DNA of 64,000 nucleotides from an uncultured delta proteobacterium (GTDB taxonomy: Bacteria; Myxococcota_A; Polyangia; Fen-1088), in assembly GCA_963767925.1 (NCBI GenBank), contig CAVYGB010000010.1, forward strand, positions 58,606 through 122,605, given 5' to 3'. The notes below the pieces were generated by a model. It searched no databases, was not told the origin of the DNA, and saw only the letters and a list, made by a program, of their open reading frames with translations. This document shows positions 31,490-39,916 of the stretch, piece by piece. The translations under genes and the position numbers were made by a program. The stretch's first letter is position 1; every line of letters starts with the position of its first letter.

Positions 31490-31529
31490 GGGCCGCAGAT
31501 CTTAGCGCACACCACCGCGGTGGTGCACG

Positions 31530-32850
31530 TCAGCCGCCCTTGCGGGCGGGCGGCGGCACCAGCGGGGACCGGGGTGGACTGGCCAGGCGGCCCTCGACGG
31601 CCCCCAGGAGGTCGACGCCCACCGCCGCCTTGAGCTGCTCGTTGGCGGAGATGAGGCGGCCGGCCAGGCCCCCCAGGTCGCCGCCGGGTGGGGCCGCTCC
31701 GTTGCTGGACGCACTCCCGCCCACACCGCCCAGCACGGTGAGCCGGTCGACCTTGAGGTTGCCCACGGTCCCCATGACGATGCGGATGAGCTCGTCCATC
31801 TTCTGCATCAGGAAAACTTCGCGCGCGCCCGCGCCCACCCGGTTCCAGGTGGCGGCGATCCGCTCCATCGCCTCGCCCGTGGCCCGTCCCTGCTCGACGA
31901 TCTTGGCCGCCGCGCCCCGGGCGTTGGCCTCGGCCGCCGCCTTCTGGGCCCGGGCCGGCTCGAGCACGTCGGCCTGGAGCTGGCTGCGCACCTGCTCGAT
32001 CCGGGCACGCTGGACCTCCAGCTCCGCCTCGGCCCGGGCCAGCCTGGCCGAGACCTTGCCCCGGGCCTCCGCGATCATGGCCGCGGCCTGGGTCTGGGCG
32101 TCGGCCACCCGGCGGGCGTTCTCCGCCCGCAAGGTGCCGAGCTGGGCGTCGAGGCGGGAGATCTCGGTCTCCTGGTGATTAAAGGCCGCCTGGATGGCCG
32201 ACTCCGCCCGCGAGTTCGCCTCGGCGATGAGGGCCCGCTTCTGCACCTCGGCCGACTGGCGGCGCCCGATGCTGTCGAGGTAGTCGACCTCGTCGGAGAC
32301 GTCCTGGATCTTCAGGGTGTCGAGCTCGAGGCCCAGCCGCCGCAGGTCGTCCTCGGCCTCGTCGAGCAGGGACTGAGCGAACTTGATCTTGTCCTCGTTG
32401 ACCTCTTCGGGCGTGAGGGTGGCGAGCACGCCGCGCAGGTTCCCCTCGAGCGTCTCCTTCGCCACCGACATGATGCGGTCCCGGGGCGATCCCGAGGAAA
32501 CGTTCGATGGCGTTGTCGAGCACGGGCTGCTCGCCCGCCACCTTGACGTTGGCGATGCCGTGCACGTTGAGCGGGATGCCCCCCCGCGAGTAGGCCCCCT
32601 TGACCTGCACCTCGATGGGCATGTTCGTCAGATCCATGCGGTCGACCCTCTCGAACAGGGGGATACGGATGGCCCGCCCACCCTTGATGATGCGGTAGCC
32701 GATCCGACGCCCGGAGGCGGAGGCCCGCTGGCCTCCCGAGAAGATGAGCACCTCGTTGGGCGGGCAGATGTAGAGCAGACGCTTGATCACCCCCAGGAGC
32801 ACGATGGCGAAGATCGCGATGACCGCCAGGAGCGAGAGGAACGAGATCAT
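31530..32850 (-). CDS. Flotillin-family (SPFH/band 7) protein, copy 2. An apparent +1 frameshift near 32480-32490 lies in a c/g run.
   Basis: N-terminal membrane hairpin plus PIEVQVKGAYSRGGIPL; the frame changes between ...NAIERFLG and VAKETLEGNLRGVLATL (compare copy 1). The C-terminal coiled-coil and MQKMDELIRIV tail are in the second frame. Its ATG overlaps the TGA of copy 1. Confidence 0.75.
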
Positions 32851-34140
32851 GGCTGGGTGCCCTCCTTCTCGCCGCGGGCCCGACCCAGCAGCGCGGGGAT
32901 GTCGACCCCGGTGGTCTCGCGCAGCGAGCGGAACACCGCCGCCACCGCCGCCGGGTAGGCCGCCGCCAGCCGGGGCAGGGCCTGCCCGTCGCCGTCGATG
33001 AGGTGAATGTTGCTGACCTCGACCCGCTGCACGCCTTCGACCACCATGCGGGTGATCCCCTCGATCTTGTCGATGAGGAACATGTCCATGGCCGAGGTGC
33101 CCGCCTTCATCCAGGCGTCGGAGACCAGCGAGAGCGACTCGGCCGTGGCCCGCCCGTTCTCGACGATGCTGGCCGCCGAACCGGCGGCGGTCAGCGCGGC
33201 CGCCTCGCTGGTTGATCTCGGCGGGGATGACCACGTCGCTCTGCAGCCGGACCGCCTCGAGCTCGCGCCGGACCGCCTCCAGGGCCTGCATGGCGGTGGC
33301 CTGGGCGGCCAGGGCGCCGGCCTCGGCCCGCTCCTCGATGGACTTGGCCTCCGCCTCCAGCTCGGCGGCCACCCGGCGCAGCTCGTTGCGCCGCTGGGCG
33401 ATGGCCCGCTCGGCGTCGGCCTGGGCCACCTTGGCCCGCATGTCGGCCCCCGCGGCCTCCTTGGCCGCCTCGTTGCGGGCGTTGGACTCGGCGATCTCCG
33501 CTTCCTTGATGATCTGGGCGATCTTCCCGCGGCCGATCGAGTCGAGGTAGTTGGCGTCGTCGGTGACGTGCTGGATCTTCAGCACGTCGAGGTGCAGCCC
33601 CAGCTTGGCCAGGTCCTGCTCGACCTCCTGGGAGAGCGACTCGGCGAACTTGAGCCGGTCGGTGTTCACCTCCTCGGGGGTGAGGGTGGCGAGCACGCCG
33701 CGCAGGTTGCCCTCGAGCGTCTCCTTGGCCACCTGCTGGATGTCGGCCTGTCCCCGGCCCAGGAAGCGCTCGACGGCGTTCATCACCACCTGGGGGTTGG
33801 CCGAGATCTTCACGATGGCGATGGCCCGCACCTTGAGGGGAATGCCCACCCGGGTGTAGGCGCCCTGCACCTGCACGTCGATGGGGAAGCTGCGCATGTC
33901 CATCCGGTCGACGGTCTCGATGATCGGCACCCGCCAGGCCCGGCCGCCGAACACGACCCGGAAGCCGACCTCCGAGCCGTCCTCGCGGCGGTGCTTGCGC
34001 CCGGCGAAGATCACCATCTCCTGCGGCCGGCAGATGATCAGGAACTGCTTCACGAAGCCGAGCAGGATCAGGATGCCGACCGCCGTGCCGAGGGCGGTCA
34101 CCGGCAGCCCGAGCAGATCGCCGAGGGGAGAGTCGCTCAT
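32847..34140 (-). CDS. Flotillin-family (SPFH/band 7) protein, copy 1. An apparent frameshift (small indel) lies near 33205-33225.
   Basis: MSDSPLG...PIIETVDRMDMRSFPIDVQVQGAYTRVGIPL...VAKETLEGNLRGVLATL in one frame; the C-terminus ...IVENGRATAESLSLVSDAWMKAGTSAMDMFLIDKIEGITRMV is in another frame. Arg-rich nonsense follows in the original frame after ...VVIPAE. Confidence 0.75.
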
Positions 34141-34781
34141 GAATCCTCCGTTTTCGAGCCCAGCGGGAGCCGGCCGGCCGGGGGCAACGAAGCCGGGCTC
34201 CGCTCCACCAGGGCCACCGTCCCGCGCATGCCGACGACCAGGGCGGTCTCGCCGGCACCGAGCGCGCCTTCGCTCTCGGTCTCGGCGATGAGGTCGGTGC
34301 TGATGCCCCCGATGGACAGGCGCACCTTGCCCCGCACCCCCTTGCCGACCGGCAACAGGACGCGGCCTTCCCGCCCGATGTGAGAGTCGCTGCCGCCCAG
34401 CAGCCCCACCGGGCCGCGGGCCAGCCCCTGCAGCACGCGCGCCGACAGGTAGCCGCAGCCCAGCCCCATGCCCCCGGCCACCAGCGGCGTGGCCAGGCCG
34501 AGCCCGGTGAGGGTGAGGGCCGCCCCGCTCAGCCCGAAGAAGGCCAGGGCGAACGCCCAGAAGCGCAGGCTGAGGAAAGGCAGCAGGCTGTGCGGGGCGT
34601 GGCTGCCGTGGTGGCCCTCGTGCCCCTGGCCGTGGTCGCCGCCATGCCCGTCGTCGTGGCCACCGCCGTCGCCGCCGCCATGATCATGGCCGGCATCGCC
34701 GTCGCCGCCGTGCCCCCCGAAGATCGACGCTCCCAGGAGCACGCCACCAAAGAGCAAGCTTCCCAAGTAGATCGACAGCAT
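34137..34781 (-). CDS. NfeD-like membrane protein (short form, YuaF/YqeZ-like) carrying an unusual His/Gly/Asp-rich loop
   Basis: Two to three TM helices followed by a C-terminal OB-fold-like segment (GREGRVLLPVGKGVRGKVRLSIGG...ALVVGMRGTVALV). Loop GGHGGDGDAGHDHGGGDGGGHDDGHGGDHGQGHEGHHGSHAPHS. Its stop overlaps the flotillin-1 ATG (ATGA). Confidence 0.7.
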   Translation of the reverse strand: MLSIYLGSLLFGGVLLGASIFGGHGGDGDAGHDHGGGDGGGHDDGHGGDHGQGHEGHHGSHAPHSLLPFLSLRFWAFALAFFGLSGAALTLTGLGLATPLVAGGMGLGCGYLSARVLQGLARGPVGLLGGSDSHIGREGRVLLPVGKGVRGKVRLSIGGISTDLIAETESEGALGAGETALVVGMRGTVALVERSPASLPPAGRLPLGSKTEDS

Positions 34782-34975
34782 CGAGGCCCTCACGTGATGT
34801 TGCGAATGACACCATGGGATAGCACCCCGGTCCATGACAATCGAGGACGTCTCGCCATGTGACACCTCGATCGAACGCGCGCCGGGCGCTGACATTCTGG
34901 GCAAGCGGCCTGGCGCGGTGCCCGCGTAGGCGGAACGCGTAGGCGCCAGCGAAGGAGCAGCGGCGGCCCGCTGCT

Positions 34976-36418
34976 TCAGCTCGGCTCGGTGGAGACCCGG
35001 GCCGGGCGGGCGGGGCGCGGGCGCGGGCGGCGGGTGCGGGCGGGGCCCAGCACCATCTCCAGGCGGGCCCGCTCGCGCAGCAGCTCCTCGCCGAACAGGC
35101 GGCGGATGGCGTCGGCCAGCTCGGGCGTGGCCCCCACGCAGAAGGGGGCGATCGCTTCGCGCACCTCGCGCGCGCTGCCGAACCGCTCGGCCGGGTCGGT
35201 CGCCAGCAGCCCCGGCAACAGGGCGGGCAGCGGCGGGGGCAGCCCGGCGATGAAGTCGCGCTCGCGCTCCTGGGGACCGGTCGCCGCGGCCAGCAGCCGG
35301 TCGTAGAGCGTCTTGCCCCGGTAGAGGGGGGCCCGGGCCGCGCAGTAGTAGATGACGAGACCGACCGAGAAGAGGTCGGCCCGCTGGTCGACGGTGAAGC
35401 CCTGGGCCTGCTCGGGGGACATGAAGTCGACGTTCCCCTTCACGGTCTCGTTGCCCGAGGTGCCCAGCCCCGACGAGCCGCGCACCTGGGCGATGCCGAA
35501 GTCGAGCAGCTTCACCTCGGCCCGCTCCGACAGCAGGATGTTCTCGGGGGTGACGTCGCGATGGACCAGGTCGAGGGGCTCGCCGTGCTCGTCCACCTTG
35601 CCGTGGGCGTATTCGAGCGCGCCGAGGACCTCTTGGGCCAGGTAGAGGATCGCACCGGCGCTGAGGGGGCGTTGCTTGAGCTCCACCATGCGGCGGGTGA
35701 GGCGGCCCAGATCCCGTCCGGCGATGTACTCCTCGACCAGGAAGCGCTGCCCCTGGGCCTCGGCGTAGTCGACGACGGCGGCGATGTTGGGATGGATCAG
35801 CGAGGCGCCCAGCTCCTTCTCGGCCAGGAAGTGCATCATCGCCACCGCGTCTTCGGACTGCTCGCGCCGCAGCTTCTTGATGACGAAGGGGCGAATGGTG
35901 CCATCGGGCGCCGTGCCGGCGGCGGTGAACACCTCGGCCAGGCCGCCCTCGCCGATGCGATCGATGAGGAGGTAGGCGCCCAGCCGCTCGGGCACGCTGC
36001 CCGGCGGAGGCGGATCGCCGCTGGCCGGGCCCAGCAGATCGGCGTCGGTGTGCGGCTCGCCCTCGGTCTCGGCCTCGGTCGACCAGCGGCCGCTGTGCCG
36101 CCGCCGCAGGATCACCATGAGCCCGAGCAGGGAGACCGCCGCCGCGCCCACCAGCCAGGCGATCGAGGCCCAGCCGATCCCCTCGCGGGATCCGCGGGCC
36201 ACCTCCTCCTCGGCCCGGGCCTGCGCGCAGCTCGTCGGGAAGATCAGCAGCAACAGCGCAGCCAGCGCGCCCACCCGGACCACCGCCCGCCACCGCCTGC
36301 TCGACGCTCGGCCCGCTGACGGGGGAACGCGCTCACGGCCATCCGGACTACCAGCGCTCGCCACCACGAGGGCAGGATACAGAAAATTGCCCATCGCGAT
36401 CAGCAGTTTTGCGCGCAC
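34976..36418 (-). CDS. Membrane-anchored Ser/Thr protein kinase (Hanks-type). Start codon uncertain.
   Basis: Kinase subdomains: GEGGLAEVF, VIKKL (the VAIK-equivalent Lys), HRDVTPENILL, DFGIA, SPEQ. N-terminal hydrophobic segments precede the kinase domain. Confidence 0.8.
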   Translation of the reverse strand: MRAKLLIAMGNFLYPALVVASAGSPDGRERVPPSAGRASSRRWRAVVRVGALAALLLLIFPTSCAQARAEEEVARGSREGIGWASIAWLVGAAAVSLLGLMVILRRRHSGRWSTEAETEGEPHTDADLLGPASGDPPPPGSVPERLGAYLLIDRIGEGGLAEVFTAAGTAPDGTIRPFVIKKLRREQSEDAVAMMHFLAEKELGASLIHPNIAAVVDYAEAQGQRFLVEEYIAGRDLGRLTRRMVELKQRPLSAGAILYLAQEVLGALEYAHGKVDEHGEPLDLVHRDVTPENILLSERAEVKLLDFGIAQVRGSSGLGTSGNETVKGNVDFMSPEQAQGFTVDQRADLFSVGLVIYYCAARAPLYRGKTLYDRLLAAATGPQERERDFIAGLPPPLPALLPGLLATDPAERFGSAREVREAIAPFCVGATPELADAIRRLFGEELLRERARLEMVLGPARTRRPRPRPARPARVSTEPS

Positions 36419-36548
36419 CGGCGCTGCGTTCGCCCGATCGGGAGCACATCGCTGCCAGCGAGGTAAAATCGATCCGTCGATGTAGTCCAGGTAGGGCGCA
36501 TATCGGTGCTAGAACGGGGCTGGGGCAGCGGCTCCGCAGAACACCCAC

Positions 36549-37211
36549 ATGCTCGGCTTCCTTCACACCTTGTCGGCGAACGCCAAGACCTTCGGCGACC
36601 TCCTCGAAAAGCTCAGCCCCGAGACTCCCAGCCTGCACCGCCTGGACGAGGCGGTCCTCGTCGAGGCGCGGGCCGCCGGCGCCGGCAGCGAAGCGGTCCG
36701 CCGCCAGGTGCAGGTCGACGTCGGCAGCCTGGTGGCGGAAGGGGCCCGGATCATCGTCTGCACCTGCTCCACCATCGGCGCGGTGGCGGAGGCGGCGACG
36801 GTCCCCGCCGGCATCACGGTGATGCGCATCGATCGCCCCATGGCCGAGCAGGCGGTGGCCTGCGGCCCGGCGCTGCTGGTGGTGGCCGCCCTCAAGTCCA
36901 CCTTCGAACCCACGCTGGCCCTGCTGAACGAGGAGGCGGCCAGCGCGGGCAAGACTCTCGAGATCAGCAAGGTCCTCTGCCAGGACGCCTGGCCCTACTT
37001 CGAGCGGGGCGACCTCGAACGTTACGCTCAGGAGATCGCCCGCACCATCGGCGCCTTCCGGGGCCGGGTCGACGCCATCGTCCTGGCTCAGGCCTCGATG
37101 GCCCCCGCCGCCGATCTGCTGCCGAACCTGTACACCCCCGTCCTGTCCAGCCCCCGCCTGGGCCTGCTCGCCGCCCTCGAGAAGCACCGCCTCGCCACCC
37201 CGACCCGCTGA
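36549..37211 (+). CDS. Asp/Glu/hydantoin-racemase-family-like protein
   Basis: 220-aa ORF of normal composition with an IIVCTCSTIG segment resembling racemase-family cysteine motifs. Weak call. Confidence 0.4.
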   Translation: MLGFLHTLSANAKTFGDLLEKLSPETPSLHRLDEAVLVEARAAGAGSEAVRRQVQVDVGSLVAEGARIIVCTCSTIGAVAEAATVPAGITVMRIDRPMAEQAVACGPALLVVAALKSTFEPTLALLNEEAASAGKTLEISKVLCQDAWPYFERGDLERYAQEIARTIGAFRGRVDAIVLAQASMAPAADLLPNLYTPVLSSPRLGLLAALEKHRLATPTR

Positions 37212-37245
37212 GCCGCGCCGGCTGCGGTTTCTCTGCGACGGGCTG

Positions 37246-38160
37246 CTAGGGGATCTCCTGGCCGCGGGCGGCCTCCCAGAGGAGGTACCAGTCTTCGCGG
37301 TCGAGGGTGAGGCTGGCGGCGGCGGCGAGGCCCTCGATCCGCTCGGGGCGGTTGGTGCCGAAAACGGCGATCGGCCGGCTGGGGTGGGCCAGCACCCAGG
37401 CCAGGGCCAGCCGCTCCGGCTTGGCCTCCTCGTATTTGCCGGCGATGGTGGCCATGGCCGCCCGGATCCGCTGGGCGGCGGTGTCCTGGTGATCGAACAG
37501 CCGGCCCCCGCCGAGCGGGGACCAGGCCATCGGCAAGATGCCCAGGCGCTGGCACTGGTCGAGGGTCCCGTCCTCGATCGCGTTCATCGTGAACAGGCTG
37601 AGCTCGACCTGGTTCGTGCACACGGGCCGGGTCAGGCGGGAGTTGAGCAGCTCGACCTGGTGGACGTTGTAGTTCGAGACCCCCACCTCGCGCACCTTGC
37701 CCTGCCGCTGCAGCGTCTCCAGCCCCTCGGCGGTGTCGTCGGCGGCGCTGAGCCAGTCGGGCCGGTGCACCAGGAAGACGTCGAGGTGGTCGGTCCCCAG
37801 CAGGCGCAGCGACTTCTCGGCCGAGGCGATGATCCGCTGGGCGCTGGCGTTGTAGAAGGCAACCCGCCGCTCGGGGTGGCGCGCGCAGGGGACGTAGATG
37901 CCACACTTGGTGACGATCTCCAGCCGCTGGCGCAGGCCGGGAGAGAGCGCCAGGGCTCGCCCCACCAGCTCCTCCACCTCATAGGTCCCGTAGATCTCGG
38001 CGGTGTCGAGGGTGGTGATGCCCTGCTCGAGGCAGATCTCCAGGCGGCGCAGGAGGTGCTGCGGGGAGGCGCTCTCGGGATCGTCGAGCAGCCGCCAGGT
38101 GCCATAGGCCAGACGCGACAGCTCGGGACCTCGGGAGGAAGGCTTCGCGCGGGGCACCAT
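37246..38160 (-). CDS. Aldo/keto reductase family oxidoreductase
   Basis: LSRLAYGTWRL N-terminal AKR motif, LDTAEIYG, HRPD, and a GVSNYN-like segment. Start taken at MVPRAK...; the ORF extends further upstream. Confidence 0.85.
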   Translation of the reverse strand: MVPRAKPSSRGPELSRLAYGTWRLLDDPESASPQHLLRRLEICLEQGITTLDTAEIYGTYEVEELVGRALALSPGLRQRLEIVTKCGIYVPCARHPERRVAFYNASAQRIIASAEKSLRLLGTDHLDVFLVHRPDWLSAADDTAEGLETLQRQGKVREVGVSNYNVHQVELLNSRLTRPVCTNQVELSLFTMNAIEDGTLDQCQRLGILPMAWSPLGGGRLFDHQDTAAQRIRAAMATIAGKYEEAKPERLALAWVLAHPSRPIAVFGTNRPERIEGLAAAASLTLDREDWYLLWEAARGQEIP

Positions 38161-38249
38161 GGCCGGCACTTTGTCCCCAAAAGCCTCTCGCGCGCAACCC
38201 GGTGCTGCTGGGGAGTTACCCGGCGCCGGGGCTGTCGTAAGCTGAGCCC

Positions 38250-39392
38250 GTGCCCCAGGAAACCGCCATCGACGAAGCGCTCTCACCCCTGCTGGCCCGC
38301 TACGGTTTCGACCGGGCCCTCTTCGATCGCCTGCGCCAGCGCCTGCGCGAGGGGCGGGGCGGCGCAGCGGACAACATCCTGCGCGGCCAGGTCCTGCCGC
38401 CCGCGCCCGACGACCTCCCCACCCTGCCCGACCGCGGCAGCCCCGCCTTCGCCGCCCTCAGCGCGGCGGGCGAGCGGGCCCTCGCCGCCGGACAGGTGGG
38501 CGTCGTCGTGCTGGCCGGCGGGATGGCCACCCGCTTCGGCGGGGGCGTCAAGGCGCAGGTGGAGGTGCTGCCCGGTCAATCGTTCTTCGACCTCAAGCTG
38601 GCCGACGTCAAGCGGCTCAGCGACCGGCTGTCGGCCCACATCCCCGTCTACCTGCTGGTCAGCTTCGCCACCCACGAGGTTGTCGAGCAACTCGGGCGGG
38701 GGGCCAGCGCGGCGCTGGTCCCGGTCGAGGCGGTGCCCCAGTTCCTGCTGCTGCGCCTGTCCCCGGAGGGCGAGCTGCTCGCGGGCGCCGACGGCAAACC
38801 TTCCCCCTACGCCTGCGGGCACGGCGACCTCACCTTCGCCCTGCGGGCCTCGGGAGCGCTGGGCCGCTTCCGGGCCGCGGGCGGTCGGGCCCTCTTCGTC
38901 TCGAACGTCGACAACCTGGCCGCCACCCTCGAGCCGGCGGTCATCGGCGCCCACCTCGAGAGCGGCCGGGCCATCACCGTCGAGGTGGTGGCCGCCGAGA
39001 AGGGCGACGTGGGCGGCGCCCCCGCCCGGGTCGACGGCCGGCTGCAGGTGGTCGAGGCCTTCCGCTTTCCGCCCGCTTTCCCGCAGGACCAGCTCCCCGC
39101 CTTCAATACAAACACCTTCGTGCTCGACGCCGCCGCCGTCGATCGAGACTTCGACCTGACCTGGTTCCAGGTGAAAAAGCGGGTCGACGGCAAGGAGGCG
39201 ATCCAGTTCGAGCGGCTGCTCGGCGAGGTGACGGCCCATCTGTCCACCGGGCTGCTGGTGGTCCCCCGCCACCCCCCCGAGGGGCGCTTCGAGCCGATCA
39301 AGGAACCGGACGATCTGGAGCGACGACGCGACGCCATCCGGGCCACCCTGGCCAGCCGCGGGGTCCTGCCCAGCGGCGGCCAATCCGTGTAA
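38250..39392 (+). CDS. UDPGP-family nucleotide-sugar pyrophosphorylase (eukaryotic-type UTP--glucose-1-phosphate uridylyltransferase / UAP-like)
   Basis: VVLAGGMATRFGGGVKAQVEVL (LAGGxGTRLG-type motif), VYLLVSFATHE, PAGHGD-like CGHGD; GTG start. Confidence 0.7.
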   Translation: MPQETAIDEALSPLLARYGFDRALFDRLRQRLREGRGGAADNILRGQVLPPAPDDLPTLPDRGSPAFAALSAAGERALAAGQVGVVVLAGGMATRFGGGVKAQVEVLPGQSFFDLKLADVKRLSDRLSAHIPVYLLVSFATHEVVEQLGRGASAALVPVEAVPQFLLLRLSPEGELLAGADGKPSPYACGHGDLTFALRASGALGRFRAAGGRALFVSNVDNLAATLEPAVIGAHLESGRAITVEVVAAEKGDVGGAPARVDGRLQVVEAFRFPPAFPQDQLPAFNTNTFVLDAAAVDRDFDLTWFQVKKRVDGKEAIQFERLLGEVTAHLSTGLLVVPRHPPEGRFEPIKEPDDLERRRDAIRATLASRGVLPSGGQSV

Positions 39393-39424
39393 TCTGCCGG
39401 GCGCGCCAGCGAGGCCAAAACAAC

Positions 39425-39904
39425 ATGACCATCGGACCCAAGACCGTCGTTTCCATCGAATACGTCCTCAAGGACGACGCCGGAGAGGAGCTCGACAGCT
39501 CGAGCGGGCGCGACCCTCTCACCTACCTGCACGGAGTCGGCAACCTGGTGCCAGGCCTGGAGCGGGCCCTCGAGGGCAAGGGGAAAGGCGACGGCGTCGA
39601 CGTCACCTTGCCGCCCGCCGACGCCTACGGCGACCGGGACGAGAAGCTCGTTCGCAACCTCCCCCTGCGCAAGATCGCCGACAAGAAACCCCAGGTGGGC
39701 CAGCGCTACCGGGCCCAGCTCGAGGACGGCCAGGCCATCGTCCTCGTGACGGGGCTACGCGGCGACTACGCCACCATCGACGCCAACCACCCGCTGGCCG
39801 GCATGACCCTGCACTTCCAGGTCAAGGTGGTCGAGATCCGGGAGGCGACGGCCGACGAGATCACCCACGGCCACGTGCACGGCGGCGACGACCACCACCA
39901 CTGA
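39425..39904 (+). CDS. slyD: FKBP-type peptidyl-prolyl cis-trans isomerase SlyD with a His-rich C-terminal tail
   Basis: V(S)IEY.LKDD.GE..DSS....PL.YLHG N-terminus, an inserted flap domain, and a C-terminal HGHVHGGDDHHH tail. Confidence 0.85.
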   Translation: MTIGPKTVVSIEYVLKDDAGEELDSSSGRDPLTYLHGVGNLVPGLERALEGKGKGDGVDVTLPPADAYGDRDEKLVRNLPLRKIADKKPQVGQRYRAQLEDGQAIVLVTGLRGDYATIDANHPLAGMTLHFQVKVVEIREATADEITHGHVHGGDDHHH

Positions 39905-39916
39905 GGACCGCGCCGC

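Noticed and set aside
32179-34140. 653-aa single ORF spanning both flotillins
   Set aside because: It is a read-through artefact; real proteins switch frame. The Arg/His/Gly-rich middle section is non-coding frame, and the true flotillin-1 C-terminus and stop are in another frame at 32847.
39425-39904. The His-rich tail of SlyD and the His-rich loop of NfeD as a shared metal-homeostasis theme
   Set aside because: The SlyD His-rich tail is a well-known feature of that family. The two genes are 5 kb apart on opposite strands with unrelated neighbours, so there is no support for a functional link.
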